From an uncultured marine group III euryarchaeote (GTDB taxonomy: Archaea; Thermoplasmatota; Poseidoniia; MGIII; CG-Epi1): a DNA stretch of 56,817 bases. Location of the stretch: positions 1-56,817 of the forward strand of contig CACAGG010000002.1 in the NCBI GenBank assembly GCA_902531985.1. Reading direction: 5' to 3'. The notes below the pieces were generated by a model. That model was not told the origin of the DNA. It searched no databases and saw only the letters and a list, made by a program, of their open reading frames with translations. Numbering within the stretch: the stretch's first letter is position 1; every line of letters begins with the position of its first letter. A program made the position numbers and the translations under genes. Positions 35,715-46,079 of this stretch are shown in pieces.

Positions 35715-38576
35715 ATGGACGCGAATTACAGGAGTAAATTGTTAGCAAGTGCAGTGACTGCATTATTATTGATGTCTGGTTTAGTTTTACTAACTGGAGC
35801 ACAAGCAGGACCTGCAGACGATCTAGAAATTAGTGATGTGGTAGAGACGTTAGGTAGCCCACCACCTAGGGCAAATATTCCTTATGATTTAGATGTCACC
35901 TGGGAGAATGAAGGAAGTACAGATTATGATGCAACTGTAAGGTTGTATGATGATTGTGATATGTCTTCTGTCGAAGCTGAGTCAGAAACTATAAGCATGG
36001 GTGCCGGAGAATCTGGAACGGTTTCTCTTCAATACACATTTAGTGAAGTTGGAGAAGTATGCTATTCGGCAGCAATCTACTACAGCTCTACAAACTATGG
36101 CGAATTTGAAGTATACATGAATGTCGAACCTGAAACAGGAGATGCAGATCTTTGGGTTCAACTAGACATGGAAGGTAGTAACTTCGCAGCTGGTGAGCCA
36201 GCAGATGTAATCTTCCAATATGGAAACGAGGGAGACGTTAGCTCACTAAATCCAGTGACTTTAATGGCTTATTTCGATCCTATAGATAGCGACCCTACTA
36301 ATTATTTCGATCCTTCACCATTTGTATTTGATTATCTAAGTCCGCCTCCAGCAGATGCACCACCCGAAGCTGAAAGGATGGAATGGCAATATACTATTCC
36401 AGAAGATACTGAAGATGGTAAGTATAAATTTACCGTAATTATTGATTCCGAAGAAGAAAATGTAGAGGAAGATCCTAATTTAGATAACAATATAGAAGTA
36501 TTAGAGGTTTGTATTGGAGACTGCAGTGAACCAGATTTACAAATTTGGGAAGGGGCTGGTTTTGACTCTTTGAGAGCTCAACCTGAAGAACCGGTAGCAG
36601 GAACTACAGTTTCTTTCTTTTATTCATTAGAAAACATTGGAGAAGGCGATGCAACGCCTCCAGGTCCGTTTGATGATGAAGACGGTGAATTTGTGATGTA
36701 TCTTGAAATAAGGAAGTGTCCTGATGAAGACTGTGAAGGTCAACCTTGGGTTAAAGTTAATCAAACAGAGCAAGTTAGAACTGCTATTGGGGCAGGAGAA
36801 GTTCTAAGTGATGATATGGGTTTAAGACTCAATTGGAGTACGAGTCCTGAGGATTCAGGTTTTTGGAATGTTAGAGTTATAGCAGATGGCGAGAATGTTA
36901 TCGAAGAATCTAACGAAAATAATAATGATCTTGACTGGTATAAAGTACACAGCGCTTATTTAGAATTAAAAGAGCAGAGACCTGATTTGATTGTCACTGC
37001 TATAGATGAAGGAGAAGACAAGGTCTATCAAGGTGATCCAGTCATTATAACTGTAGCCGTTTCACAAACCGGTTTGGGAGATGCTATGGCAGATGATGCT
37101 GAAGTACAAATTAAGGTTAAAGATCCTGATTTGAATGTTATAGATTGGTTTACCATTGATGAACCTTTAACAGTAGGTATAGCTCCAGAAACAACCTTTT
37201 TTGAATATAATTGGACTCCAACTAAATTGGGTGTCTACGAGTTTTATGCTTATGTAGACAGACAAGACACTATCCTTGAATGGGAAGATGACAATAATGA
37301 GTATCCTAATGATAAATATATTGAAGTATTTGAAAAATTACCAGATCTTCAAGTTGTTAGCATGTCTATGTCTCCAGTCAATGAAGAAGGATATGCAATG
37401 GTGGGCGTGAGTTCAGAGATAACTGCAACTATTGCTAATCTTGGAGTAAGAGATATGACTTCCAGTGAAGGTACAAAATTAGAGGTTACATTCTATACTT
37501 CAGCACCATTTGTATCTGAATTAGGTACTATTAATGTTGACAAAGCTTTACTGATAGGGGAAACAGTTGATATTACAATTCCGTTTACCTTTTCAGGTAA
37601 TGATCAGTATCGCATTGTTGCAAAAGTTGATGAGTCTAAACTAATTTCAGAATCGAATGAAAATAATAATGAAAATTACAAGAACATATATGCAGTAAGT
37701 TCAATAGACGCATATGTCGAAAACATGAGCGTTTTTATTGGGGACAATCTTGCAGGTAAAGATCATCCAATAACCTTTGATTTGGGTATGGCAAACCTTC
37801 CCGATGAAGGCACTTATAGGCTCTTTTTCAACGTTTCAGTAGATGGTACTTTTGGTTGGGGAGATGTCCTTTCTTTATCTACACAAAATATGACCGGTTA
37901 CTATCCAATAGGAACTGGTTATAGTGTATCCCAAGATTATGGTCTTGGTTACATTGACTTTAATTCAAGTTACAATCATCAAACAGTAGTTATACCTTGG
38001 ATTCCTAACAAGGACAGAACAGATACTTACAATGTTTCAGTAGAGGTAAGTAGTGTAATTAATGTTGATGAAACTAATGATTTAGCCTATGCAGGTATTA
38101 CAATTGAAAAATTAACAACTAATTTAGTCGTCGATGCTATCAAAGTTACCGAGGCAGATGGTTCAGCTACTATCAAAGTTACAGTAGGTTATCCTCAAGG
38201 TGAACAATCACAGTTAGATGCTGAAGTTTCTTTAATGGTGTACCGAGCTGTAGACTATGAAGAAGGAAATCCGCCTATAGATCAACTAACTACTAAAACA
38301 ATTACAGGTATTTTGAAAGGAGACTCTCGTCCGGTTTCATTTACTTGGGCAGTTAAAAATGGAGATTATATCTTTGTAGCAGTTCTAGACCCAGATGATA
38401 AAGTCAAGGAAGTTAATGAGGATGATAATGCATATCCTTCCTTGAAAACTACATTTGGAACATCAGGACCTGCAGTTACTGAAGAAGAAGAAGATGAAGG
38501 ACTTCTTCCAGCTCCATCAGTTATAGCCGCATTAGGAATAATTGGCGTAGTCGCACTGTCACGTAGAAGAATTTAA
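35715..38576 (+). CDS. Large acidic cell-surface protein made of CARDB-like repeats, with a signal peptide and a C-terminal TM/sorting signal
   Basis: It has an N-terminal signal sequence and at least 7 repeats, each ending in E/D-x-NE-x-NN-type motifs (DPNLDNNIEV, ESNENNNDLDW, EWEDDNNEY, SESNENNNENY, NEDDNAY). The C-terminus is LPAPSVIAALGIIGVVALSRRRI. Confidence 0.8.
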   Translation: MDANYRSKLLASAVTALLLMSGLVLLTGAQAGPADDLEISDVVETLGSPPPRANIPYDLDVTWENEGSTDYDATVRLYDDCDMSSVEAESETISMGAGESGTVSLQYTFSEVGEVCYSAAIYYSSTNYGEFEVYMNVEPETGDADLWVQLDMEGSNFAAGEPADVIFQYGNEGDVSSLNPVTLMAYFDPIDSDPTNYFDPSPFVFDYLSPPPADAPPEAERMEWQYTIPEDTEDGKYKFTVIIDSEEENVEEDPNLDNNIEVLEVCIGDCSEPDLQIWEGAGFDSLRAQPEEPVAGTTVSFFYSLENIGEGDATPPGPFDDEDGEFVMYLEIRKCPDEDCEGQPWVKVNQTEQVRTAIGAGEVLSDDMGLRLNWSTSPEDSGFWNVRVIADGENVIEESNENNNDLDWYKVHSAYLELKEQRPDLIVTAIDEGEDKVYQGDPVIITVAVSQTGLGDAMADDAEVQIKVKDPDLNVIDWFTIDEPLTVGIAPETTFFEYNWTPTKLGVYEFYAYVDRQDTILEWEDDNNEYPNDKYIEVFEKLPDLQVVSMSMSPVNEEGYAMVGVSSEITATIANLGVRDMTSSEGTKLEVTFYTSAPFVSELGTINVDKALLIGETVDITIPFTFSGNDQYRIVAKVDESKLISESNENNNENYKNIYAVSSIDAYVENMSVFIGDNLAGKDHPITFDLGMANLPDEGTYRLFFNVSVDGTFGWGDVLSLSTQNMTGYYPIGTGYSVSQDYGLGYIDFNSSYNHQTVVIPWIPNKDRTDTYNVSVEVSSVINVDETNDLAYAGITIEKLTTNLVVDAIKVTEADGSATIKVTVGYPQGEQSQLDAEVSLMVYRAVDYEEGNPPIDQLTTKTITGILKGDSRPVSFTWAVKNGDYIFVAVLDPDDKVKEVNEDDNAYPSLKTTFGTSGPAVTEEEEDEGLLPAPSVIAALGIIGVVALSRRRI

Positions 38577-39355
38577 TGGATCACACAGCACTGTTATACT
38601 TTGTCGGTCCGGCAGGGGCAGGTAAATCAACATTAGTTGCAACACTGCAAGAGTGGATGCAGCACTATCGTTATGATGGCGTTGCCATTAATTTGGACCC
38701 CGGAGCAGAGACTGTAGCTTACGAAGCTGCAATAGATGTTCGAGAAAAATTCACATTGACTGAGATTATGGAAGAGTATAGTTTAGGGCCTAATGGAGCT
38801 CAAGTTGTTTGTGCAGACTTATTGGCCCTTGAACTTGATTGGATAAAGGAGCAAATTGACGAAGTTAATTGTGATTATTTTCTTCTAGACACTCCTGGAC
38901 AAACTGAATTGTTTCTTTACAGGGAAGCTTCAAAAGTATTTGTTGAAAATTTATCTGAAAGAGCTGCAATGGTTTTGCTTTTAGATCCTCTTCTATCGCG
39001 GACTCCAGAAGGTTTTGTTACACAATTACTCTTAGCTTCCGCAGCACATCTGCGATTCCCAATACCCATGTTTCCAGTTTTAACTAAATGTGATTTAATT
39101 AAGCAAGAAGAGATTGACCAAATAAGAGAATGGGCTGCAGATCTAGACCAATTAGCTATGGCTATGCCTAATTTATCAGGAATGTCTGGAGTTCTTTCAT
39201 CAGAGTTACTCCGAGTCCTTCAGGTTTTGGCTCTAGAATCAAACTTGCTGGCAGTATCTTCAAAAGAGGGAGAAGGAATGGATGACTTATACTCAATAGT
39301 TCAGTCAACATTTGCAGGCGGAGACGATCTTGAGGCACACTCTGACAGCAATTAA
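38576..39355 (+). CDS. GPN-loop GTPase (Npa3/XAB1 family)
   Basis: Contains G1 GPAGAGKST, the eponymous GPNGA loop, DTPGQTELF and a G4-like TKCD. Its ATG overlaps the preceding TAA by 1 nt (TAATG). Confidence 0.88.
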   Translation: MDHTALLYFVGPAGAGKSTLVATLQEWMQHYRYDGVAINLDPGAETVAYEAAIDVREKFTLTEIMEEYSLGPNGAQVVCADLLALELDWIKEQIDEVNCDYFLLDTPGQTELFLYREASKVFVENLSERAAMVLLLDPLLSRTPEGFVTQLLLASAAHLRFPIPMFPVLTKCDLIKQEEIDQIREWAADLDQLAMAMPNLSGMSGVLSSELLRVLQVLALESNLLAVSSKEGEGMDDLYSIVQSTFAGGDDLEAHSDSN

Positions 39356-39400
39356 TTTTCAGTAGTTATTATTAATAGTAGTATTTTTATGAGATAATAT

Positions 39401-40132
39401 ATGACTCAGCCAATACCTCTTATCGTAGATAGAAGAGGCTCAGTTTTGAATTTAGCACTGAACAATCCAGAAAGAAAAAATGCACTAAATTCAGAGATGA
39501 TGGGAGCCTTGATTGCTGCAATAGAGGAATCTAAGAATTATGATGAATTAAGAGTTATAATTATTCAAGGTAAAGGCGATGCATTTTGCTCAGGAGCTGA
39601 TGTTAATAGTTGGAAACCTAGCGAATTACAAGAACTATTGAAAGCGATATCACTGTGTCCAATACCTACCGTTGCAGACGTTCATGGAGTTTGTTTGGGA
39701 GGAGGAATGGGTCTAATTTCAGCTTGTGATTTTATAGTAGCTAAACAAGAGACAACCTTCGGTTTTCCTGAAATTCAAATAGGCCTGATTCCTGCAGTCA
39801 TCTTTCCTTACGTTTCTTCTAAACTTCACCATTCAAAAATTAGGGAATTATTTATTACAGGGGAAAGGTTTGGAAATAAAAGGGCAATAGAGTTGGGATT
39901 ATTATATCATAATGAGGATATTCAATCTTTAATTTCATTAATTAAAAAAGGTGCCCCATCTGCTCAAAAGCATGTTAAGGCGTTGCTCAATAGTAATGTT
40001 TTATCAAAATCAATAGAAGAGAGAGATTTAGAGTTAGCTAATTTAATATCAAAGATTAAGGAAGATGAAGAGTGCAAGGAAGGAATAAATTCATTTTTAG
40101 AAAAACGTAATCCAAATTGGGTAGAAGAATGA
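39401..40132 (+). CDS. Enoyl-CoA hydratase family protein, probably methylglutaconyl-CoA hydratase
   Basis: Crotonase motifs are present (FCSGADV; GGGMGLISACDF; FGFPEIQIGLIP). The substrate assignment is inferred from its position directly upstream of the methylcrotonyl-CoA-carboxylase-like genes. Confidence 0.8.
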   Translation: MTQPIPLIVDRRGSVLNLALNNPERKNALNSEMMGALIAAIEESKNYDELRVIIIQGKGDAFCSGADVNSWKPSELQELLKAISLCPIPTVADVHGVCLGGGMGLISACDFIVAKQETTFGFPEIQIGLIPAVIFPYVSSKLHHSKIRELFITGERFGNKRAIELGLLYHNEDIQSLISLIKKGAPSAQKHVKALLNSNVLSKSIEERDLELANLISKIKEDEECKEGINSFLEKRNPNWVEE

Positions 40133-41598
40133 TTAAGAAAATACTTATAGCAAATAGGGGGGAGATTGCATGCAGAATAATAAGGGCATGTAATGAAATG
40201 TCAATTAAAGCAGTTGCAGTTTATTCAGATGTAGACGTTGATTCTCCACACGTCCTAATGGCCGATCAAGCTGTAAACATAGGATCTGCCAATCCTTCAG
40301 AAAGTTATTTAAATTTTGATAAAATAATAAACGCAGCTAAGGAGACTGGGGCCGACGCAATACATCCAGGATATGGTTTTTTGTCAGAGAATGGAGCTTT
40401 TGCACAGTATGTTAAAGAATCCGATTTGATATTCATAGGGCCAGAAGCAGATACAATAAAATCAATGGGAGATAAGGCAGAATCTAAACAAATGATGTTT
40501 GAAGCCGGAGTTCCAACAATTCCAGGAAGTGACGGCGAGTTAGTAGGAAATATTGATTCTATAGCAAGAGACATAGGCTATCCTTTGATGGTCAAAGCTG
40601 CAGCAGGTGGTGGAGGCAAGGGCATGCGAGTAGTGAGGAATGAGGGTGAATTAGATTCCTCCATAGAGGCTGCTAAGAATGAAGCTAGAAACTCATTTGG
40701 TAATGATACCTTAATACTTGAAAAATTCCTAGACAATCCCCGTCATATAGAGGTTCAAATTCTTGGAGATAAGAATGGAAATATAGTACATCTTTATGAA
40801 AGGGAGTGTTCCATTCAACGAAGACATCAAAAAATTATAGAGGAATCTCCTTCACCTGCTATAACAAATAAATTTAGAAAAAAAATGGGAGAGGCAGCAG
40901 TCAAAGCAGCCAAAGCTGCGAATTACAGCAATGCAGGTACTGTAGAATTTCTTTATCAAGAGGGTGAATTTTATTTTTTAGAAATGAATACTCGGTTACA
41001 AGTTGAGCATGGAGTAACTGAGATGGTTTGTGGCATAGATATTGTAAAGTGGCAAATACGAGTGGCTCAGGGGGAAAGTTTAACATTTTCACAAAAGGAC
41101 ATTAAGCAAAGAGGCCATTCTATAGAATGTAGAATATATGCTGAAGATCCTTCGCGGGGCTTCCTTCCAACACCTGGCTTTATTAGAAAAATGATTTTAC
41201 CAGAGGGTCCAGGAGTTCGTAATGATGTAGGCGTTTCTGAAGCTCAAGAAATAACCAGTTCTTACGATCCACTTTTAGCGAAATTAGTGGTTTGGGATTC
41301 AGATAGGGGCTCAGCCATTCAACGTATGGATTTGGCACTTTCTAATTTTGTAATTCTAGGGTTGATTACTAATCAACCTTTCTTAAGAGATATAATGAAA
41401 AATGAATCTTTCCAGAAAGCTTCTTTTTCTACTAATTTCATCGATGAAAATTTTAAGGATTGGGACTTTCCAGCTCTTGATCCTCAGGTGCTTGCTTTAG
41501 CATTACTTAGTTCAAAAGCATCTCAAGCCCAGATATCTTCTTCTGCAGAATCTTATTCTCCTTGGAGCAATAATAGAGGTTGGAGACAGGGAGTTTGA
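40129..41598 (+). CDS. Biotin carboxylase subunit of an acyl-CoA carboxylase (stand-alone, no fused BCCP)
   Basis: Contains MIKKILIANRGEIA, GYGFLSEN, KAAAGGGGKGMR, the ATP-grasp segment EMNTRLQVEH, and ECRIYAEDP. I prefer the ATG at 40129 (ATGA overlap with the hydratase stop) over the TTG at 40117. Confidence 0.92.
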   Translation: MIKKILIANRGEIACRIIRACNEMSIKAVAVYSDVDVDSPHVLMADQAVNIGSANPSESYLNFDKIINAAKETGADAIHPGYGFLSENGAFAQYVKESDLIFIGPEADTIKSMGDKAESKQMMFEAGVPTIPGSDGELVGNIDSIARDIGYPLMVKAAAGGGGKGMRVVRNEGELDSSIEAAKNEARNSFGNDTLILEKFLDNPRHIEVQILGDKNGNIVHLYERECSIQRRHQKIIEESPSPAITNKFRKKMGEAAVKAAKAANYSNAGTVEFLYQEGEFYFLEMNTRLQVEHGVTEMVCGIDIVKWQIRVAQGESLTFSQKDIKQRGHSIECRIYAEDPSRGFLPTPGFIRKMILPEGPGVRNDVGVSEAQEITSSYDPLLAKLVVWDSDRGSAIQRMDLALSNFVILGLITNQPFLRDIMKNESFQKASFSTNFIDENFKDWDFPALDPQVLALALLSSKASQAQISSSAESYSPWSNNRGWRQGV

Positions 41599-41600
41599 TT

Positions 41601-42092
41601 ATGGATAAAATCACTTTAGGATCAAATAGTTATATGTCAAAACTAAGACGTTCAGGCTCAGAATTTACTTTGAGTGTAAATGGTGAAACTTTCGCAGGAA
41701 CTTATTCTAAGAAGAGTAATGGGGCTATTGAAGTATCAATGAATGATACGAATTCAATTGGTTTTTCCGAAAAGAATGGTAATGAAATTTATGTTTTTTT
41801 GAATGGTGTAAATTATGTTCTTAAGAGAGAATCAGGTGTTTTGAAGGACAATGCATTTGAGGAGGAAAGCAGAGATACAGTTTTGAGTCCAATTACAGGT
41901 AAATTATTGGATAAAAAAGTAGAAAGCGGAGATTTGGTGAGTAAAGGCGACGTAGTAGTAATTTTAGAAGCTATGAAAATGGAGCATAGATTAAAGGCAC
42001 CTAGAGACGGGAAGCTTTCAAAACTTACATTGGCACAAATTGGAGATCAAATAAAAGAAGGTGAATTGATGTTTGAGTTGGAGGAAGAATGA
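41601..42092 (+). CDS. Biotin carboxyl carrier protein (separate polypeptide)
   Basis: The C-terminal biotinyl domain carries the EAMKMEH biotinylation motif. I prefer the ATG at 41601, preceded by GGAGACAGGGAG, over the alternative start at 41580. Confidence 0.85.
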   Translation: MDKITLGSNSYMSKLRRSGSEFTLSVNGETFAGTYSKKSNGAIEVSMNDTNSIGFSEKNGNEIYVFLNGVNYVLKRESGVLKDNAFEEESRDTVLSPITGKLLDKKVESGDLVSKGDVVVILEAMKMEHRLKAPRDGKLSKLTLAQIGDQIKEGELMFELEEE

Positions 42093-43696
42093 GCATAATA
42101 CAAAGTAAACATAATTCTAATTCAGAGGAGGCTACAAAGAATAGGGCCTTTAATCAAAAGATTTTAGAGGAATTAAGACAAAAAATAAAGGAACACAGCA
42201 AAGGCGGACGTCCTGAAATGGTAAAACGCCATAAGGGAAGGGGCAAATTACTAGCAAGAGAAAGAATAGAGGAATTGATTGATTCAGATACGCCTTTCTT
42301 GGAATTGTCAACTTTGGCAGCTCATGGCTTGTATAATGATGAAGTACCCTCTGCAGGAATAGTAACGGGTATAGGTGTTATTCATGGCAGGGAAGTGATG
42401 ATTATTGCGAATGATGCTACCGTAAAAGGAGGAACTTATTACCCTTTAACAGTTAAGAAACATCTCAGAGCTCAGGAGATAGCCCAAGAGAATTGTTTAC
42501 CCTGTATTTATCTTGTAGATTCAGGAGGAGCCTTCTTGCCAATGCAAGACGAAGTTTTTCCAGATAGAGATCACTTCGGAAGAATATTTTACAATCAATC
42601 TCAAATGTCAGCAAAAGGAATTGCCCAAATTGCAGTAGTTATGGGGTCGTGTACTGCAGGAGGAGCTTATGTTCCTGCAATGTCTGATGAAACTATTATA
42701 GTTAAGAAACAAGGCACTATTTTTCTTGGAGGCCCTCCTTTAGTTAAAGCTGCGACCGGCGAAGAGGTAAATTCCGAAGATTTAGGGGGGGCGGACGTCC
42801 ATACGCGAAAGAGTGGTGTAGCAGATCATTATGCAATAAATGATTCACACGCTATAGAAATTGCTCGAGATATTGTTTCCAATCTTAATCGCTTACCAAA
42901 ATCTAAATTGAATATCAAAGAGCCCGAAGATCCTATCTATAGCTCTGAAGATTTGTATGAGATTATACCTGAAGATTCAAGGCTACCATATGATGTCAAA
43001 GAGATTATTGCTCGCTTAGTTGATGGTTCTAAATTCCACGAATTCAAGTCAAATTATGGTAAAACTATAGTTTGTGGTTTCGCTAATATTATGGGTTATC
43101 CTATAGGTATTGTTGCAAATAATGGCGTGTTATTTTCAGAATCCTCTCTGAAAGCAACTCATTTCATTGAGATGTGTTGCCAGCGTAAAATACCTCTTGT
43201 TTTCTTGCAAAATATAGTTGGTTTTATGGTCGGTAAAGATTACGAATCAGGAGGCATAGCTAAAGATGGAGCAAAGATGGTAATGGCAGTTTCCAATGCT
43301 AAAGTTCCTAAATTTACAATAGTAATTGGAGGTTCATTCGGAGCTGGAAATTATGGCATGTGTGGAAGAGCATACCAACCACGTCAAATGTGGATGTGGC
43401 CTAATGCCAGAATTTCAGTTATGGGTGGAGAGCAGGCTGCAGACGTTTTAGCAACAATTAAGCAAGATCAGCTTAAGTCTAAAGGAAAGACTATGACAAA
43501 ATCAGATATCAAGAAATTGAGAGACCCTATATTGGAAAAGTATGAGGCTGAAGGTAATCCCTATTATTCAACAGCAAGATTATGGGATGATGGAATTATA
43601 GATCCCATGGATACGCGTATGATTCTTGCATTGGGGATTTCTACTTCATTGAATGGGCCCTTGGAAGACACAGATTTTGGTGTTTTCAGAATGTAA
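42089..43696 (+). CDS. Acyl-CoA carboxylase carboxyltransferase subunit, methylcrotonyl-CoA carboxylase beta-like
   Basis: The segment [39 protein letters not shown] is close to the MCCC2-type sequence as I remember it. At 535 aa the protein carries both CT half-domains. The start overlaps the BCCP stop (ATGA). Confidence 0.9.
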   Translation: MSIIQSKHNSNSEEATKNRAFNQKILEELRQKIKEHSKGGRPEMVKRHKGRGKLLARERIEELIDSDTPFLELSTLAAHGLYNDEVPSAGIVTGIGVIHGREVMIIANDATVKGGTYYPLTVKKHLRAQEIAQENCLPCIYLVDSGGAFLPMQDEVFPDRDHFGRIFYNQSQMSAKGIAQIAVVMGSCTAGGAYVPAMSDETIIVKKQGTIFLGGPPLVKAATGEEVNSEDLGGADVHTRKSGVADHYAINDSHAIEIARDIVSNLNRLPKSKLNIKEPEDPIYSSEDLYEIIPEDSRLPYDVKEIIARLVDGSKFHEFKSNYGKTIVCGFANIMGYPIGIVANNGVLFSESSLKATHFIEMCCQRKIPLVFLQNIVGFMVGKDYESGGIAKDGAKMVMAVSNAKVPKFTIVIGGSFGAGNYGMCGRAYQPRQMWMWPNARISVMGGEQAADVLATIKQDQLKSKGKTMTKSDIKKLRDPILEKYEAEGNPYYSTARLWDDGIIDPMDTRMILALGISTSLNGPLEDTDFGVFRM

Positions 43697-43729
43697 CTGT
43701 TAAATATAACCCTTAATCAGCTTTAAACA

Positions 43730-43900
43730 ATGGAAGAATCCATATGCCGTATTGAATTGGAAATAGATGAACAGGTTTTCATAGCTAAGGTTCAAACAGA
43801 TATGGGCGGTCCTCGTGAATATCAGAGTAAGCGCTTTGACAGACTCTTAACGCAATTGATGACCGAGTTACAGGCTGAATTTGAACCTGACTTTGAATGA
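43730..43900 (+). CDS. Small acidic protein (56 aa), not in the ORF track
   Basis: Manual translation gives MEESICRIELEIDEQVFIAKVQTDMGGPREYQSKRFDRLLTQLMTELQAEFEPDFE*. Its TGA overlaps the ATG of the next small ORF (ATGA), suggesting a coupled pair. Confidence 0.35.
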   Translation: MEESICRIELEIDEQVFIAKVQTDMGGPREYQSKRFDRLLTQLMTELQAEFEPDFE

Positions 43901-44079
43901 GCCTTTTTCCATTTCTAGCCCCATTAAGTGTAGGTTTGAGTATTTTCTTTAGTTATTATTTAATGAAATATGTAGCTAAAAAAATGGGAAAGCCTATTCC
44001 AAATTTGGGTGAGTTAATGTACCCCATGCATCACAAAGATTCAAAAATAGATAAAAGGTATCGGAAGAATAAACCTTGA
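43897..44079 (+). CDS. Small single-TM protein with a basic tail (60 aa)
   Basis: One N-terminal hydrophobic helix is followed by a K/R-rich tail. The ATGA overlap with the upstream small ORF is the main support. Confidence 0.4.
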   Translation: MSLFPFLAPLSVGLSIFFSYYLMKYVAKKMGKPIPNLGELMYPMHHKDSKIDKRYRKNKP

Positions 44080-44123
44080 TTGAATAATACCTTTTTATAC
44101 TGAGTAACTACATTGGTATTGGT

Positions 44124-46079
44124 GTGTTTATGCATAAGCAAGCAATTTTTCTATTAGTCTGTTTGATATCAGTTGTTTTTCTTTCTAACGTTGAAGGAGA
44201 ACCTGAAGTTTTTATGACAACTATTAATCCAAATAGTATTGATAATCAGCAAGACGAAGAAGTCAGTTTTGAAGGGGATTGTAATATTTGTACAGAAGAT
44301 GAGTTGGGATATTTCTATTGGAACTCATCAATAGAGGGAGTTTTACATGAAGGTTCGAATCCTGCAGAAATTAATTTTATGCTTTTATCTTCTAATTTTC
44401 ATACGGGTGAACACAATATTACTCTACAAGTTGGCGATAATTCGGGTATTTGGAGTTCCATAACTGATAATTCTACTGCAACATTGAATGTAGCAGGACG
44501 AGATGGAGGTGGGGGAGGAGATGGTTCCATAAATGTTAACTTCGCGATAACGCCTCCTTCTTTTCATCTAGGTGAAACTGCACGTTTTGAAGCATGTACA
44601 GAAATGCAGCCAGAACCTCAACCATGTCACGGCGACATAAATGCAGATCTAGATTTTAAATGGGAGATACAATGGGAAGGTGAAGAAAATTGGTCATATC
44701 TTAATGATCAAGAAGCTTTTGATTATATCAATTTTATTGAAGGTAATCATGTAGTGAAACTAACTATAACCGATAATTCAGATGGTAGTGAAGCATCAGA
44801 TACTGAAGAAATTATAGTTTTCCCACCTATACCTAATGTTTCTATTTCAGGTAATGAACAGGTGACAATTAAGGAAGGCGAATCACTTGAGTTAATGGCT
44901 ACTTGTTATGATAATAAAAATGAGGAAATTAATTGTACGTATGAATGGGAAATTTGGGAAAGTAAAGATAATGGAGATTTATTGTATACCTTTAGTACAC
45001 AGACTATAACTCTTAATCAATTAACCAATGAAGTTAACCAATATGACATTATGGCTAGAGGATCAGATGAATTGGGTACTAATTCTGCATGGGCTCTTGT
45101 TTTTGTAACAGTAAACCCTCCTAACCAGGCACCTTCAGCAGTAATTACCATATTTCCGCAGTCATTGGGTGGTTTAACTCCTGAGTATTATCAGTATTCT
45201 AATCTGACTTTCAGTTCAGCTAATTCGGATGATTCTGATGGTAGTCTTGTGGCATTCAATTGGTGGTTCAACAATGAAATTGTTTCAACATCTGAGAATT
45301 GGGTTTCTTCGTTTTATGAAACTGGAATTTATCAAGTTAAGTTAGAAGTTAAAGATGATAGTGGTGTTTGGAGTTCTAAAGTATCCACAAATTTCAAAAT
45401 AATTGAAAATACAGAACCTAAAGTAGACTTCACTTTTGAGCAAATAGGTAACTCTTTTGTTTTTAACTCAACTTCTAGTGATTTAGAAGGATATATTGCT
45501 AGCTATTTGTGGTGGAACTATGAAGATTTGTCTGCATTTTCAACTGAAGAAAATTTCACATGGAGTCCAGAAGAATCTGGAACTTATAGTATAACTTTTA
45601 GAGCTACTGATGATGGCGGTAGATCTTCAGAGATAACTAAGATAATTGAGGTAAAATTAGTAGAGAAGAAAAATTTTGTAGCTACTTTTAGTTCAAAGAA
45701 TATTAATCCTGGCGACAGCTTCATTATTGATTTCTCAAATACAACCGGATCAGTAGAGTACTTTGAGATAGTAGTTACTTCTCCAAATGGTAGTAGAGAA
45801 ACTTATGAAACTACAGCGTTTGCCTATACTATAGTATTTGACAATAAAGGAACATATGCATTAGATATCACTGTGATTTGGGAAGATGGTGATGCACAGG
45901 AGGGTCTTTCAGATTGGTATGGCCCTACAGTTTATGTGGGAACAGACGATGAAGAAGAGAAAGTAGACGACGGTGTTCCGGAAACTCCGTCCGAAGAAGA
46001 TACAGGTTTACCATCAATTTCTATTCTAGTTTCGATGATTATTGCATCATTAGTAGCTATAGGTAGACGTCAAAGGTAA
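44124..46079 (+). CDS. Acidic surface protein with about 5 PKD-like repeats, a signal peptide and a C-terminal TM/sorting signal
   Basis: Repeating modules of about 90 aa carry (F/Y)xW(E/W)-type cores (FKWEIQW, YEWEIWE, FNWWFNN, YLWWNYE) and G.Y.(I/V).L.V.D... strands. The C-terminus is GLPSISILVSMIIASLVAIGRRQR. The ATG at 44130 is an alternative start. Confidence 0.8.
   Translation: MFMHKQAIFLLVCLISVVFLSNVEGEPEVFMTTINPNSIDNQQDEEVSFEGDCNICTEDELGYFYWNSSIEGVLHEGSNPAEINFMLLSSNFHTGEHNITLQVGDNSGIWSSITDNSTATLNVAGRDGGGGGDGSINVNFAITPPSFHLGETARFEACTEMQPEPQPCHGDINADLDFKWEIQWEGEENWSYLNDQEAFDYINFIEGNHVVKLTITDNSDGSEASDTEEIIVFPPIPNVSISGNEQVTIKEGESLELMATCYDNKNEEINCTYEWEIWESKDNGDLLYTFSTQTITLNQLTNEVNQYDIMARGSDELGTNSAWALVFVTVNPPNQAPSAVITIFPQSLGGLTPEYYQYSNLTFSSANSDDSDGSLVAFNWWFNNEIVSTSENWVSSFYETGIYQVKLEVKDDSGVWSSKVSTNFKIIENTEPKVDFTFEQIGNSFVFNSTSSDLEGYIASYLWWNYEDLSAFSTEENFTWSPEESGTYSITFRATDDGGRSSEITKIIEVKLVEKKNFVATFSSKNINPGDSFIIDFSNTTGSVEYFEIVVTSPNGSRETYETTAFAYTIVFDNKGTYALDITVIWEDGDAQEGLSDWYGPTVYVGTDDEEEKVDDGVPETPSEEDTGLPSISILVSMIIASLVAIGRRQR

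Noticed and set aside
40117-40128. Track start codons for the biotin carboxylase (TTG at 40117, MGRRM…) and the BCCP (41580, METGSLIM…).
   Set aside because: The internal ATGs at 40129 (ATGA overlap with the upstream stop; the protein then begins MIKKILIANRGEIA as in the family) and at 41601 (preceded by a purine-rich GGAGACAGGGAG) are better supported. The longer forms add non-conserved residues.
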